Virus record (IMG/VR): IMGVR_UViG_3300025771_000019
Strand: one strand, 5' to 3'
DNA from: an uncultured virus (IMG/VR IMGVR_UViG_3300025771_000019)
Lineage: Duplodnaviria; Heunggongvirae; Uroviricota; Caudoviricetes
DNA length: 20,000 nucleotides
The translations under genes were made by a program, and so were the position numbers. Under the pieces are notes generated by a model, which was not told the DNA's origin, made no database searches, and worked only from the letters and a program-made list of their open reading frames with translations. This document shows positions 8,054 through 18,110 of the stretch, piece by piece; position 1 is the stretch's first letter, and each line of letters starts with the position of its first letter.

Positions 8054-9544
8054 ATGAGTGATGTGGTGAATGTTGAGGAAGGAAATGCGGTGCACCTGAA
8101 GGTGACGGCCGATCCCGGCACTCGCCAAGAAATTGCTGAATACTTTTCTTTCAAGCCGTCCGGCTATCAGTTCTCTCCAGCATATAAAAATAGAGTGTGG
8201 GATGGTACCATTCGTTTGTATCAGCCTATGCGCCCAGTACTTTATGTTGGTTTGTTTCCAAGACTGAAAAAGTTTTGCGAAGATCGTGGTTATGAGTTAA
8301 ATGCACCAGCACATCTAATGCATGGAGAGGAGATTCCTGATGACTACGGTTATGAATTGGCTAAAGAGATTGGTTGTAAGTTTGAACCACGGGATTACCA
8401 AAACCAATACGTTGTTGATGCAATCCGGGATTCAAGATCATTGTCCTTGTCTCCTACTAGTTCTGGCAAATCGTTAATCATCTATCTGATACAACAACAC
8501 TATTGGAGAGTTTATGAGCACAGAACACTTATCATCGTCCCAACAATCTCACTGGTTCATCAGATGGCTGGAGACTTTAGGGACTATGGATGCGAGGACG
8601 ACATATACACGATTCAGGGCGGTGTAGATAAGAATACAGATGCTCCAATCGTTATCTCAACTTGGCAGTCACTTATCAAACAACCAAAGGATTGGTTCTC
8701 TCAGTTTGGTGTTGTACTTGGCGACGAAGCTCATTTGTTCCAGGCCAAAAGCCTTCAAAAAATTATGGAAGGTTTAGATCAGTGTTACTATCGACATGGC
8801 TTTACTGGTACTTTAAAATCAGAAGAAAGCAAGACACATCGGCTGGTACTAGAAGGTTGCTTTGGCGGCGTAAGAAGGCACGTGACGACTAAAGACTTGA
8901 TGGATTCAGGTACTGTTGCAGACTTTAACGTTAAAGCAATCGTATTGTCACATCAACAGGATGTAAGAAAAAGCTTTAAGAAAGCGATTGGTCAGATACA
9001 GGTAGCAAGTAAAAAGTATCCTGCTGAAAGAGAATTCATTGTCAACAATCACAAGCGAAACATTTTTATTCGAAATTTGCTTTGGTCTCTCAAAGATCAG
9101 AACAATTTGGTTTTGTTTGATTTGGTTGAAAAGCATGGCAAGATCCTAGAGCCGATGCTAAAGAAAGATGATCGCCAACTCCATTTTATATATGGTGCTA
9201 CAAAAGGCGACGAGAGAGAACGTATCAGACATCTCGTTGAGAATGATCCCATCAAACAACATGATATCCTTGCATCATATGGTGTTTTCTCAACGGGTGT
9301 AAATTTAAAAAAACTTGATAACGTAATCTTCGCTTCTGGTTCTAAATCTGAAATCAAAGTATTGCAATCAATTGGTCGTGCCCTTCGAAAGGGCAACGAC
9401 GCCGATAAGGCGACTCTGTATGATATTGCTGACGATCTTTCGGTGGGGACTTACCAGAACTATACTCTCCAGCATTTCCGGAAACGGATTGAGATCTACG
9501 GTCAGGAACAGTTTGCTGTCAAGATATACACAGTAGAAATCTAA
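8054..9544 (+). CDS. uvsW: SF2 RNA-DNA/DNA helicase UvsW
   Basis: WDGTIRL N-terminal domain, PRDYQ Q-motif, SPTSSGKS Walker A, DEAH, GFTGT, QSIGRALR. Confidence 0.95.
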   Translation: MSDVVNVEEGNAVHLKVTADPGTRQEIAEYFSFKPSGYQFSPAYKNRVWDGTIRLYQPMRPVLYVGLFPRLKKFCEDRGYELNAPAHLMHGEEIPDDYGYELAKEIGCKFEPRDYQNQYVVDAIRDSRSLSLSPTSSGKSLIIYLIQQHYWRVYEHRTLIIVPTISLVHQMAGDFRDYGCEDDIYTIQGGVDKNTDAPIVISTWQSLIKQPKDWFSQFGVVLGDEAHLFQAKSLQKIMEGLDQCYYRHGFTGTLKSEESKTHRLVLEGCFGGVRRHVTTKDLMDSGTVADFNVKAIVLSHQQDVRKSFKKAIGQIQVASKKYPAEREFIVNNHKRNIFIRNLLWSLKDQNNLVLFDLVEKHGKILEPMLKKDDRQLHFIYGATKGDERERIRHLVENDPIKQHDILASYGVFSTGVNLKKLDNVIFASGSKSEIKVLQSIGRALRKGNDADKATLYDIADDLSVGTYQNYTLQHFRKRIEIYGQEQFAVKIYTVEI

Positions 9545-9569
9545 TATTGGTTTGTAACTGATAAATCAG

Positions 9570-9598
9570 ATTATACCAGGCTTTGATAGTGATGTCAA
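9570..9598 (-). promoter_or_regulatory. consensus sigma70 promoter oriented antisense to uvsW
   Basis: TTGACA (9598-9593), 17 nt, TGg-TATAAT (9575-9570). Confidence 0.55.
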
Positions 9599-9631
9599 CA
9601 GTTTTTTTCACAATATATTAACTTTTTACAG

Positions 9632-9660
9632 TTGACATTTCAGTCAATATGTACTATATT
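9632..9660 (+). promoter_or_regulatory. sigma70-type promoter for gp55-47-46
   Basis: TTGACA (9632-9637), 17 nt, TATATT (9655-9660); AGGAGG follows. Confidence 0.65.
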
Positions 9661-9696
9661 ATATCTAAGTAACATTAGGAGGCGCAAAGAAATGCT

Positions 9697-10203
9697 ATGG
9701 CTAAAAGAGCAACCCGCAATTACGTAAACAACAAAGATCTTCTTGAAGCACTCATCAAGTACAAAGAAGAGTGTAGAGAAGCAGAGGATGCAGGAGATCC
9801 GTTGCCACGAGTACCAGACTACATTGGAAAGTGTATCTATCAGATCGCTACTCGGCTTGCAACAAAACCAAACTTCTCTGGATATTCTTATAAAGAAGAT
9901 ATGATTTCAGATGGAATTGAGAACTGCCTACTTTATATCGGTAACTTCAATCCTGAGAAATCTCAGAATCCATTCGCTTACTTCACTCAAATTATTTGGT
10001 ACGCGTTCCTGCGTCGTATTCAAAAAGAAAAGAAGCAGATGTACATTCGATTTAAGTCATCTCAGAACATGTTATCAACAGGTGATACTTATTCTGGAGG
10101 TGAAGAGGTTAATTTGAATCTTACAACAAGTGCAGATTATATGAATACATTTATTGAAGATTTTGAAGATAAGCTGAAGAAAGATAAGGAAAAGAAAAAG
10201 TGA
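9697..10203 (+). CDS. 55: late transcription sigma factor gp55
   Basis: NYVNNKDLL, PNFSGYSYKEDMISDGIENC, NFNPEKSQNPFAYFTQI..AFLRRIQKEKKQ. Confidence 0.95.
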   Translation: MAKRATRNYVNNKDLLEALIKYKEECREAEDAGDPLPRVPDYIGKCIYQIATRLATKPNFSGYSYKEDMISDGIENCLLYIGNFNPEKSQNPFAYFTQIIWYAFLRRIQKEKKQMYIRFKSSQNMLSTGDTYSGGEEVNLNLTTSADYMNTFIEDFEDKLKKDKEKKK

Positions 10204-11264
10204 AGATAGCAATCGTAACAGATATGCATATCGGAGTCCGTGGTGATTCCAAAGTTTTTGCAGATCATCAAGAGAAGTTCTTCTTAGAATGTTTCTTTCC
10301 ATATCTTGACGAGCATGGGATTGATACTGTATTTGATTTAGGCGATACATTCGATCGTCGTAAGTTCATCAACTATGTATCACTTAAGCGTGGTAAAGAG
10401 TTCTTCTTTGATCAGCTTGCAAAACGAAACATTGAGTATCATGCTCTGGTTGGAAATCATACGACATACTACACTAATACGAATGAAGTGAATAGTATGG
10501 ATCTTCTTCTAAAAGAGTATGACAACTTTCACATCTATCAGCACGAAACAAAAGAGTTGACATTTGGATCAACTAAGTTTATAATGGTACCGTGGATTAC
10601 AAAAGACAATAATCAGCATTGCTTTGATAGCATCAAGAACTCAGATGCTCATGTCCTTGCTGGTCACCTCGAGCTAAAAGGCTTTGAGATGATGAAAGGT
10701 CAAGTTTGTACTCACGGTATGGATAAAGATCTGTTTAGTCATTACGAGCAGGTTTGGTCTGGTCATTTCCATCATCCTTCTAAGTATGGTAACATCGAGT
10801 ACCTTGGTGCGCCCTACGAGATGACTTGGTCAGACTATCAAGGAAAGCGTGGCTTCCATGTTTTTGATACAGAATCAAGAGAGCTTACTCGAATTGATAA
10901 TCCATTCCAGATATTCCACAAAATTGAATACGATGATAGTGATATGACAATTGAAGATATTGCTCATCTTGATACCACAAACATCAAAGATGCGTATATC
11001 AAAGTGATTGTAAAGAACAGAACAAATCCCTACATTCACGATTTGTTTATCAACAAACTTGCAGACGCTGGTGCCACTGATGTTAAATCAATCGAAGACA
11101 CCTTGAATATTGAAAGTGAGGGAATGGATGAAATCCTTGATGAAACCCAAGATACGAAGGACATACTTCATGCCTTTATCGATTCTATGGAAACAAAAGT
11201 AGATAAAGTGAGTGTAAAAAGAGTTATTGATGATTTATATATTGAGGCACAAAGTATTGCATGA
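10200..11264 (+). CDS. 47: recombination endonuclease subunit gp47 (Mre11/SbcD-like)
   Basis: Metallophosphoesterase motifs TDMHIG, LGDTFDRRK, VGNH, GHLE, SGHFHH; GTG start. Confidence 0.95.
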   Translation: MKIAIVTDMHIGVRGDSKVFADHQEKFFLECFFPYLDEHGIDTVFDLGDTFDRRKFINYVSLKRGKEFFFDQLAKRNIEYHALVGNHTTYYTNTNEVNSMDLLLKEYDNFHIYQHETKELTFGSTKFIMVPWITKDNNQHCFDSIKNSDAHVLAGHLELKGFEMMKGQVCTHGMDKDLFSHYEQVWSGHFHHPSKYGNIEYLGAPYEMTWSDYQGKRGFHVFDTESRELTRIDNPFQIFHKIEYDDSDMTIEDIAHLDTTNIKDAYIKVIVKNRTNPYIHDLFINKLADAGATDVKSIEDTLNIESEGMDEILDETQDTKDILHAFIDSMETKVDKVSVKRVIDDLYIEAQSIA

Positions 11265-12973
11265 AGATATTATTTAAGGAATTGCGTTATAAGAATATTC
11301 TATCTACGGGAAATTCTTTTACAACAATTCATTTAAACAAAAAGACAAACACTCTAGTGAGTGGTACGAATGGCGCAGGCAAATCTACAATGCTTGACGC
11401 CATTGTATTTTCTTTATATGGTAAACCTTTCCGTAAGATTAATAAGCCACAGCTTATCAACTCTATCAATCAAAAAGAATTACTTGTTGAGATTGATTTT
11501 GTAATTGGCCAAGCTCAGTATATGGTACGCCGCGGTATCAGACCAAACTTGTTTGAAATCTTTAAGAATGGTGAGCTTATCAATCAAGATGCAGCAGCTC
11601 GTGACTATCAAACATATCTTGAGAAAAACATTTTAAGATTAAATTATAAGTCATTTACTCAGATCGTTGTACTTGGTAGCGCTACATATGTACCATTTAT
11701 GGAATTGCCAGCACATGGCAGACGAGAAGTTATTGAAGATCTTCTTGATATTCAAGTCTTTAGTACAATGAATACTCTTCTCAAAGAACGTTTGATCGAG
11801 AACAAAGAACAGATCTCTGAAAACAACTATCAAAAGAATCTTACAGAGTCTAAGATTGAATCTGCTGAAGCTCATAATGCTTCTATTCGTCAGATTCGTC
11901 AAGATGAAGTTGACAAGATCAAGGAGAAAATGAATGAGCATATATCTAAGATCGAAACAGAGAAAGCAGAAATTGAAAGCACTCAAGAAGCTATCGAAGA
12001 GCTTATCAAAACAATCACAGATAAATCAGACGTCAAGTCAAAAATCGACAAAGCTCGAAACCTAAATCAAGAATTGAGTTCTAATCTTCGTAATTATATG
12101 AAAGAGCTCGCCTTCTATCATGATAACGATAGTTGTCCTACATGTAAACAAGGTATTGCTCACGATTTTAAATCAAGTGTTGTTACCGAGAAAAGTAAAA
12201 AGGTTGAAGAACTAGAAGCTGGAATATTAGAATTATCTAATAAGGTAAATGAATATGAAAATCGTATCAATGAAATATCTTCGATTGAGGATAAAACTGC
12301 ATCTCTTAGCTTGCAAATTAGTGAGCATCGAGCAACGATTAAAATTTCAAAGAATGCGCTTATATCTTATAAAAAAGAGCTTGACAAAGCTGAAGAAGAA
12401 GTCGAAGCGGTAGATCAAACTCAACTCAATCTTTTACGAGAAACAATGCAGTCTATCGAGACTCAACAAACCGATCTCTTTAATCATAAAGAAGTCTTGT
12501 CTGTGGTGTCAACTATGCTTAAAGATGGAGGCATCAAATCAAAAATCATTCGTCAGTATATCCCAGTGATGAACAAACTCATCAATAAATACTTGAGTGC
12601 TTTTGATTTGTTCGTTGACTTTCAACTTGACGAGAACTTCAATGAGGTGATTAAGTCTCGTTTCAGAGATGCTTTCTCATACTCTTCATTCTCAGAAGGC
12701 GAGAAGCTTCGCATCACTCTATCAATTATGCTATCATGGAGAACCGTAGCAAAGCTTCGTAACTCAGTATCGACAAACTTATTGGTACTTGACGAAACTC
12801 TTGATGGCGCAATGGATGGTGTAGGTGTTGAAAACTTGATTGAAACTCTACAAAATCTAAATGCAGAAGATAACATCTTCGTTATTAGCCACCGTGGCGA
12901 CCAGTTTGGTGACAAGTTTGAAGGCCATATTAAATTTCAAAAGGTTAAAAACTTCAGTGAAATAGCGGCCTAG
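11261..12973 (+). CDS. 46: recombination endonuclease subunit gp46 (Rad50/SbcC-like ATPase)
   Basis: GTNGAGKST Walker A, coiled coils with CPTC zinc hook, FSEGEK signature, LLVLDE Walker B, VISH. Confidence 0.96.
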   Translation: MKILFKELRYKNILSTGNSFTTIHLNKKTNTLVSGTNGAGKSTMLDAIVFSLYGKPFRKINKPQLINSINQKELLVEIDFVIGQAQYMVRRGIRPNLFEIFKNGELINQDAAARDYQTYLEKNILRLNYKSFTQIVVLGSATYVPFMELPAHGRREVIEDLLDIQVFSTMNTLLKERLIENKEQISENNYQKNLTESKIESAEAHNASIRQIRQDEVDKIKEKMNEHISKIETEKAEIESTQEAIEELIKTITDKSDVKSKIDKARNLNQELSSNLRNYMKELAFYHDNDSCPTCKQGIAHDFKSSVVTEKSKKVEELEAGILELSNKVNEYENRINEISSIEDKTASLSLQISEHRATIKISKNALISYKKELDKAEEEVEAVDQTQLNLLRETMQSIETQQTDLFNHKEVLSVVSTMLKDGGIKSKIIRQYIPVMNKLINKYLSAFDLFVDFQLDENFNEVIKSRFRDAFSYSSFSEGEKLRITLSIMLSWRTVAKLRNSVSTNLLVLDETLDGAMDGVGVENLIETLQNLNAEDNIFVISHRGDQFGDKFEGHIKFQKVKNFSEIAA

Positions 12974-12984
12974 AAAGGATTACA

Positions 12985-13212
12985 ATGCAACACTCTATAG
13001 AAGATCTTATTAAAAGAATAAACGCTATGAAAGATAAAGCGATTCAAGTTCATCGACTTCGAAACGAATTTGCTGAAATTTCCGGTAAAGAATATGATAA
13101 GGAATCCTGTAAGAGGTTGATTGAAGATATTCAAACACTGGCCTTGGGTATTGCTATGGACCGAGAAGGTGATGACATAATTACAGAGATGGATTCTTGG
13201 AAAGAAAAATGA
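12985..13212 (+). CDS. hypothetical protein
   Basis: 75-aa ORF with AAAGGA SD; ATGA overlap with the next gene. Confidence 0.7.
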   Translation: MQHSIEDLIKRINAMKDKAIQVHRLRNEFAEISGKEYDKESCKRLIEDIQTLALGIAMDREGDDIITEMDSWKEK

Positions 13213-13904
13213 AGCTTCTTGATCCTAAAAGATACATTACAACTCACTTACATGACAGAGATACTTATGCTACTATGGTGCACGAGTTTTTCAATCTCGA
13301 CACGTACGGTTGGTGGTATCAAGTAAAGCCAGGCGATATTGTAATGGATATTGGTTCTTGCATTGGAATGTTTACTTGTAAAGCACTCGAACAGGGTGCT
13401 AAACATGTTTATTCAGTAGAACCAAACATTAAACTTCTTCACACTACTATGGTCAATGCTATGCCTGCTATCTCAAGATCGGCAGAGCAAAGAGTAACTC
13501 CTATTAATGCCTTCATCGGCCACTCAGATCACGGGTTTGGTGTTAAAGGAGATGAAGCACCACATAAATCATTTAAAGAGATTATAGAAGAATACGAAAT
13601 AGATCATCTTGATTTCTTAAAAGTTGATTGTGAAGGTGGTGAGTATGATATCTTTATGAAAGAAAACTATGACTTCTTATTCAATAAGGTACATCATATT
13701 GCTATGGAAGTACATCTTGACGTATATCCCGAAGCGCCCGAACGATTTATCAAGATGAGAGATAAATTTATACGAAGATGGCCCGGCCATATTCGGTTTT
13801 TAAAGTTAGAACATAGAAAGAAAACATGGGACGACAACTACATAAGAGGAGACTGGCCAATAGGCTGGGGAAGCTCTTGGATGATCTATCTAACACGCAT
13901 TTAA
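13209..13904 (+). CDS. FkbM-family SAM-dependent methyltransferase
   Basis: VMDIGSCIGMF motif I, VYSVEP, IDHLDFLKVDCEGGEYDI, IAMEVH. Start placed at the ATGA overlap (13209); the ORF track starts at 13197. Confidence 0.85.
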   Translation: MKLLDPKRYITTHLHDRDTYATMVHEFFNLDTYGWWYQVKPGDIVMDIGSCIGMFTCKALEQGAKHVYSVEPNIKLLHTTMVNAMPAISRSAEQRVTPINAFIGHSDHGFGVKGDEAPHKSFKEIIEEYEIDHLDFLKVDCEGGEYDIFMKENYDFLFNKVHHIAMEVHLDVYPEAPERFIKMRDKFIRRWPGHIRFLKLEHRKKTWDDNYIRGDWPIGWGSSWMIYLTRI

Positions 13905-13907
13905 TGG

Positions 13908-13936
13908 TTTACAAAATGGACATTATGTGTTACAAT
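13908..13936 (+). promoter_or_regulatory. sigma70-type promoter for gp43
   Basis: TTTACA (13908-13913), 17 nt, TGt-TACAAT (13931-13936). Confidence 0.6.
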
Positions 13937-13964
13937 GTAAAATATATGATACAAACAGGTGAAT

Positions 13965-16496
13965 ATGTCTAAATTCTACACATCAGTCGAACGCTTTATC
14001 AACGACATTCTAGTTCGTGGTTATGAAAACGGCAGACCATTCCAACGCAAAGTCAAATTCAAGCCAACATTATATGTTCGTGCTCGTGATAACGCCACTC
14101 ACAAATCATTGATTGGTGATGTGCCTCTCGGTGCTACTCGTTTCAATAGCATGATCGAAGCTCGTGATTTCATTACTCAATACAAAGATGTACATGGTTT
14201 CGATATCTGTGGCACTATGAATTACGTCACTCAATTTATTCAAGAAGAATATCCAGACGAGATTGATTTTGACATGTCTAAGATCAACATCTGTTCTTTT
14301 GACATCGAGGTTGATATCTCGAATGGATATGCAGACATCAATGCCGCTGACAAAGAAATCACTTCGATTGCATACAAATCTTCTAAGTCTAGTACATATC
14401 ATCTTCTCGGTCGTAAAGATTTCGACAAGACAAAAACAATTACAGGTATCGATCCAGACGACATCTCGTTTATGAAGTTTGATACCGAGGTGGCACTGCT
14501 TGAAAGATTTATTCAAATCTGGCAGATGGAATATCCTGAAGTTGTTACGGGTTGGAACGTTGAGTACTTCGACATTCAATATATTGTCACTCGTATCATT
14601 CGACTTATGGGTGAAGAAAAGGCTAAGAAGCTTTCGCCTTGGGGTCGTATCTCATCACACTCGATCAACAAATTTGGTAAAGAACAGAAATCATATATCA
14701 TATCTGGCCTGACCATCATTGACTATATGGATGCTTTCAAGAAGTTTGGCTATAAGTACGGTCCACAAGAATCTTACAAACTCGATCATATCGCCCATGT
14801 AGTACTCGGCGAGAAGAAATTGGACTACTCTGAATATGGAAATCTTAACGCTCTTTATGAACAAAATCCACAACTATATCTCGACTACAACCTCAAAGAT
14901 ACTCAGCTCATTCAAAGAATGGAAGATGAATCTGGACTTCTTTCGCTTGTACTTACTGTTGCTTATGGCGGTGGGGTTAACTTCAGTGATGCATTTGGTA
15001 CAGTAGGAATTTGGGAAACAACAATATATCGCCGTTTGATGAAAGACAAAATTGTTCCACATCTTAAAGGTGGACCCGGCGAGCGAGCTGGTGAACTTGT
15101 CGGTGGTTATGTTAAAGATCCAAAAGTCGGCATGCATCCTTGGGTTGTATCGTTTGATTTGAACTCTCTGTATCCACACCTGATGCTGCAATATAATCTA
15201 TCTCCTGAAACTTATGTCGAAGGCGAACGTGAATATGTATCTCAAGAAATGGTACTCGACGGCTCATATCAAAACAAAACTGATTATGCAGTATGTGCAA
15301 ACGGCGCATGTTTCCGTAAAGACAAACTCGGCATCATTCCTGAGATCATTGATGAATATTATAATCGTCGTTCTGGTATCAAGAAAGAAATGCTTGCAGT
15401 AGAACAAGCTATTGAGAATGAAACCGATCCTGCTAAAAAACGACAACTTCAATCTCAGCAGACACAGCTTCATAACAACCAGATGGCTATCAAAATTGCT
15501 ATGAACTCTCTTTATGGCGCCACTGCTAACATCTACTTCCTTTACTATATTAACGATATGGCTGAAGCTATTACAACATCTGGTCAGCTTTCAATTCGAT
15601 ATGCTCAAAAGTCCGTGAACGAGTATCTTAACAAGATTCTCAAGACTGACGGTAAAGACTATATCATCTATATCGATACCGACAGTATCTATGTTGATTT
15701 TGGTCCTCTTGTTAAAGCTTCATTTGGTACTGTTGACATCGATCGTAATAAAGGTGAGGAATTCCTCGATAAGATCTGTAAGATGAAGATTGAAGAAGTA
15801 ATCGAAAACGGTTACAAAGATCTTGCTTCTAAGATGGGTGCATATCGCCAAGCTATGGTAATGAAACGTGAAAAGATTACTGATAAATCTGTATTCATTG
15901 CTAAGAAGCGATACATTATGAATACTCTTAACTCAGAAGGTGTTCATTACGAAACTCCAAAAATCTCTGTAACCGGCCTTGAATCTGTAAGATCATCAAC
16001 ACCGGAAGTCTGCCGTGATAAACTCAAAGAATCTTTCAAGGTTATCATGAATGAAGGCGAAGAAGCAATCCAGCAATTCATTGCTCAATTCAAATCTGAG
16101 TTCTTTAATCTTCCACCAGAAGATGTTGGTCGTAACTCAGGTACTGATAACATCGAGAAGTATACAGTTCGTGGTACTTACAAGAAAGGTTGCCCAATGC
16201 ATGTTCGTGGTTGCATCCTCTACAATAAGTATCTCAAAGAAAATGGTCTGTCGAATCGTTATGAATCGATTACGTCAGGTGATAAGATTAAATTTGTATA
16301 TCTCAAAGTACCGAATCCAATCAAAGAAAATATCATATCGTTCCCAGCGGTTCTACCTAATGAATTCAATCTCAAACCGTATGTGGATTATGAAACTCAA
16401 TTCAATAAAGTCTTCCTCAGTCCTCTTGAGTCTATTCTTGAAGCTCTTGGATGGTCTGCTGAGAAGACAAACACAATAGAGGATTTTTTCGCATGA
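13965..16496 (+). CDS. 43: family B DNA polymerase (T4 gp43-like)
   Basis: Exonuclease motifs [18 protein letters not shown]; polymerase motifs [31 protein letters not shown] at 13965; an alternative GTG lies at 13959. Confidence 0.97.
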   Translation: MSKFYTSVERFINDILVRGYENGRPFQRKVKFKPTLYVRARDNATHKSLIGDVPLGATRFNSMIEARDFITQYKDVHGFDICGTMNYVTQFIQEEYPDEIDFDMSKINICSFDIEVDISNGYADINAADKEITSIAYKSSKSSTYHLLGRKDFDKTKTITGIDPDDISFMKFDTEVALLERFIQIWQMEYPEVVTGWNVEYFDIQYIVTRIIRLMGEEKAKKLSPWGRISSHSINKFGKEQKSYIISGLTIIDYMDAFKKFGYKYGPQESYKLDHIAHVVLGEKKLDYSEYGNLNALYEQNPQLYLDYNLKDTQLIQRMEDESGLLSLVLTVAYGGGVNFSDAFGTVGIWETTIYRRLMKDKIVPHLKGGPGERAGELVGGYVKDPKVGMHPWVVSFDLNSLYPHLMLQYNLSPETYVEGEREYVSQEMVLDGSYQNKTDYAVCANGACFRKDKLGIIPEIIDEYYNRRSGIKKEMLAVEQAIENETDPAKKRQLQSQQTQLHNNQMAIKIAMNSLYGATANIYFLYYINDMAEAITTSGQLSIRYAQKSVNEYLNKILKTDGKDYIIYIDTDSIYVDFGPLVKASFGTVDIDRNKGEEFLDKICKMKIEEVIENGYKDLASKMGAYRQAMVMKREKITDKSVFIAKKRYIMNTLNSEGVHYETPKISVTGLESVRSSTPEVCRDKLKESFKVIMNEGEEAIQQFIAQFKSEFFNLPPEDVGRNSGTDNIEKYTVRGTYKKGCPMHVRGCILYNKYLKENGLSNRYESITSGDKIKFVYLKVPNPIKENIISFPAVLPNEFNLKPYVDYETQFNKVFLSPLESILEALGWSAEKTNTIEDFFA

Positions 16497-16675
16497 ATCA
16501 ACAAAGACTTGCCCAACTTGAAGCCGCATGGCGTTATCAAAACACAGTTGTAGAAGCCTTGGAAGCTGAACGAGCACCTGACAAATACGTTACTAAAGCT
16601 AAAAAAGAACGACTGCGTATTAAAGATATGATCGCACACTTAAAGGGAAATATAGAAAATGATGATAGCAAATAG
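16493..16675 (+). CDS. small coiled-coil protein, DUF465/YdcH-like
   Basis: [16 protein letters not shown] resembles the DUF465 LKKxKLxLKDxI pattern; ATGA overlap with the gp43 stop. Confidence 0.6.
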   Translation: MNQQRLAQLEAAWRYQNTVVEALEAERAPDKYVTKAKKERLRIKDMIAHLKGNIENDDSK

Positions 16676-16916
16676 GGAAAAACTTGAAGTGCTTACCATT
16701 ACAATGGAAGAGTGTGCAGAAGTAATTAAAGAATGCGCTAAAATACAGCGATATGGCATACAAGGGAATAAAGAAAAACTTGAAACAGAAATTGGAGATC
16801 TAGGATGTATGTTTGACATTCTAGCAAAATATGATATAATCGACTTGGATAAAGTTAAAGAAGCCGCTAAGAATAAACGTGAAAAACTTAAAAAATGGAG
16901 TGATTTAGATGTCTGA
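16659..16916 (+). CDS. MazG-like nucleotide pyrophosphohydrolase
   Basis: MEECAEV...ETEIGDL, the all-alpha NTP-PPase ExxE...ExxD motif. Confidence 0.75.
   Translation: MMIANREKLEVLTITMEECAEVIKECAKIQRYGIQGNKEKLETEIGDLGCMFDILAKYDIIDLDKVKEAAKNKREKLKKWSDLDV
16813..16840 (+). promoter_or_regulatory. internal sigma70-type promoter upstream of the second pyrophosphatase
   Basis: TTGACA (16813-16818), 16 nt, TGa-TATAAT (16835-16840). Confidence 0.5.
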
Positions 16917-17355
16917 TTGGGCAAATGATATTTACATGATGCATAACAAATTTGGTGTGCGTGATTGGTTTGAAGCAAATAAAGATAACAAGGAACTGAT
17001 GCGTAAGTATCTTATGTTCCGTGCTTTAATGTGTCAGGAGGAATTGAGTGAAACTCTTACTGCAATCAATAATGGAGATGCTGAAGAAATCGTTGACGGT
17101 CTTATTGATCTTTGTGTTTTTGCTATTGGCACTCTCGACGTATTCGGTGTTGATGCTAATGACGCTTGGGATCGTGTCTATAGTGCTAATATGTCTAAAA
17201 AGCCTGGAGTTAAGCCGGGCCGCCCTAACCCGTTTGGGCTTCCAGATCTTTTAAAGCCAAGTGGATGGACACCACCAACTCACGAAGGCAACCACGGCGA
17301 TTTTGAAAAAGCTTTGGATGTTATTCCTCAGCCAAAACCCGAAGGTGGCTGGTAA
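16909..17355 (+). CDS. PRA-PH-like / MazG-superfamily NTP pyrophosphatase
   Basis: QEELSE...EIVDGLIDLCVFAIGT...AWDRVYSANMSK...KPSGWTPP pattern. Confidence 0.8.
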   Translation: MSDWANDIYMMHNKFGVRDWFEANKDNKELMRKYLMFRALMCQEELSETLTAINNGDAEEIVDGLIDLCVFAIGTLDVFGVDANDAWDRVYSANMSKKPGVKPGRPNPFGLPDLLKPSGWTPPTHEGNHGDFEKALDVIPQPKPEGGW

Positions 17356-17364
17356 AAAAAGTGA

Positions 17365-17403
17365 AAATGTTACCGTTATCATTTTTTGTTAGCGGTAACA
17401 TTT
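17365..17403. repeat. inverted repeat made of two operator-like 14-mers
   Basis: TGTTACCGTTATCA (17368-17381) and TGTTAGCGGTAACA (17387-17400); arms AAATGTTACCG / CGGTAACATTT. Confidence 0.6.
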
Positions 17404-17415
17404 ATAAACCTTCTG

Positions 17416-17423
17416 TATAAATA
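17416..17423 (+). promoter_or_regulatory. T4-type late promoter
   Basis: Exact TATAAATA in the intergenic region upstream of ORF 17465. Confidence 0.55.
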
Positions 17424-17464
17424 CGGTTACATTGTTATGCCACATTGCAAAAGGAGGTCCCACC

Positions 17465-17707
17465 ATGTGCAGTCCATTTGTACGTAAAGAAGCCAACCGA
17501 ATGAATTGGATCGTTAAAGGTAAACTTATAGATCCATCCTGGTCCGACAGAGACGTCGAAGCTACCTATAATTCATACATAAAGCGATTATGGGGAAACA
17601 ACGAAAACTATGTTCATGAAATTGGATTTGAACAAGCCTGGAAGGCTAGAGAAGCAGAACAACTATCAAAAGAGTTAGAATCAGTCGCTGTCCTAGGATA
17701 CGATTGA
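17465..17707 (+). CDS. hypothetical phage protein
   Basis: ATG at 17465 preceded by AAGGAGGT SD; the ORF track starts at 17432. Confidence 0.7.
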   Translation: MCSPFVRKEANRMNWIVKGKLIDPSWSDRDVEATYNSYIKRLWGNNENYVHEIGFEQAWKAREAEQLSKELESVAVLGYD

Positions 17708-17778
17708 TTTTTTTTTCAACTTTTTTATAAGCCATTGATTTCATTACAAACGTTTTTTCATTTTATTTGAAAAAAGGG

Positions 17779-17807
17779 TTGACATTGCCCTGCAAAAGTA
17801 CTATATT
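17779..17807 (+). promoter_or_regulatory. strong sigma70-type early promoter with upstream A/T tracts
   Basis: TTGACA (17779-17784), 17 nt, TATATT (17802-17807); AT-rich UP-element-like region upstream. Confidence 0.7.
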
Positions 17808-17838
17808 ATTAATATAAGGAAAAACAAAGGAAATCAAA

Positions 17839-18108
17839 ATGCTACTACCAAACGGTTCAATGATCAAAAACGACGTAATCGAATGCTTTAACGCGGCGGT
17901 TGCAGACGAATTCAATACACGTCCTGGTGTTGGTACAACTGACTTCTGGAACTTTGTTGAGTCTGACATGTATCAAGGTCTTCGTATGTTCTACAACTCA
18001 GAATACATTGACGCTTGTTTTGATGTATTAGCTGACGAGTTCGAAGGTAATCTAAACCTTGAGCGTATCGAAATCTTGAAAAAAGATTTTCTAGGTATGG
18101 AGGCGTAA
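17839..18108 (+). CDS. hypothetical acidic early protein
   Basis: 89-aa ORF with AAAGGA SD downstream of the early promoter. Confidence 0.7.
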   Translation: MLLPNGSMIKNDVIECFNAAVADEFNTRPGVGTTDFWNFVESDMYQGLRMFYNSEYIDACFDVLADEFEGNLNLERIEILKKDFLGMEA

Positions 18109-18110
18109 TT

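Noticed and set aside
13959..16496. Intein, intron or split in the DNA polymerase
   Set aside because: Single 845-aa ORF with all motifs at normal spacing and no homing-endonuclease or splice motifs seen.
14106..16978. Alternative-frame and antisense ORFs within gp43 and the MazG-like genes
   Set aside because: They overlap confident CDSs and have no motif support.
17706..17778. AT-rich tract as a replication origin
   Set aside because: No iterons seen; adequately explained as UP-element-like sequence ahead of the early promoter at 17779.
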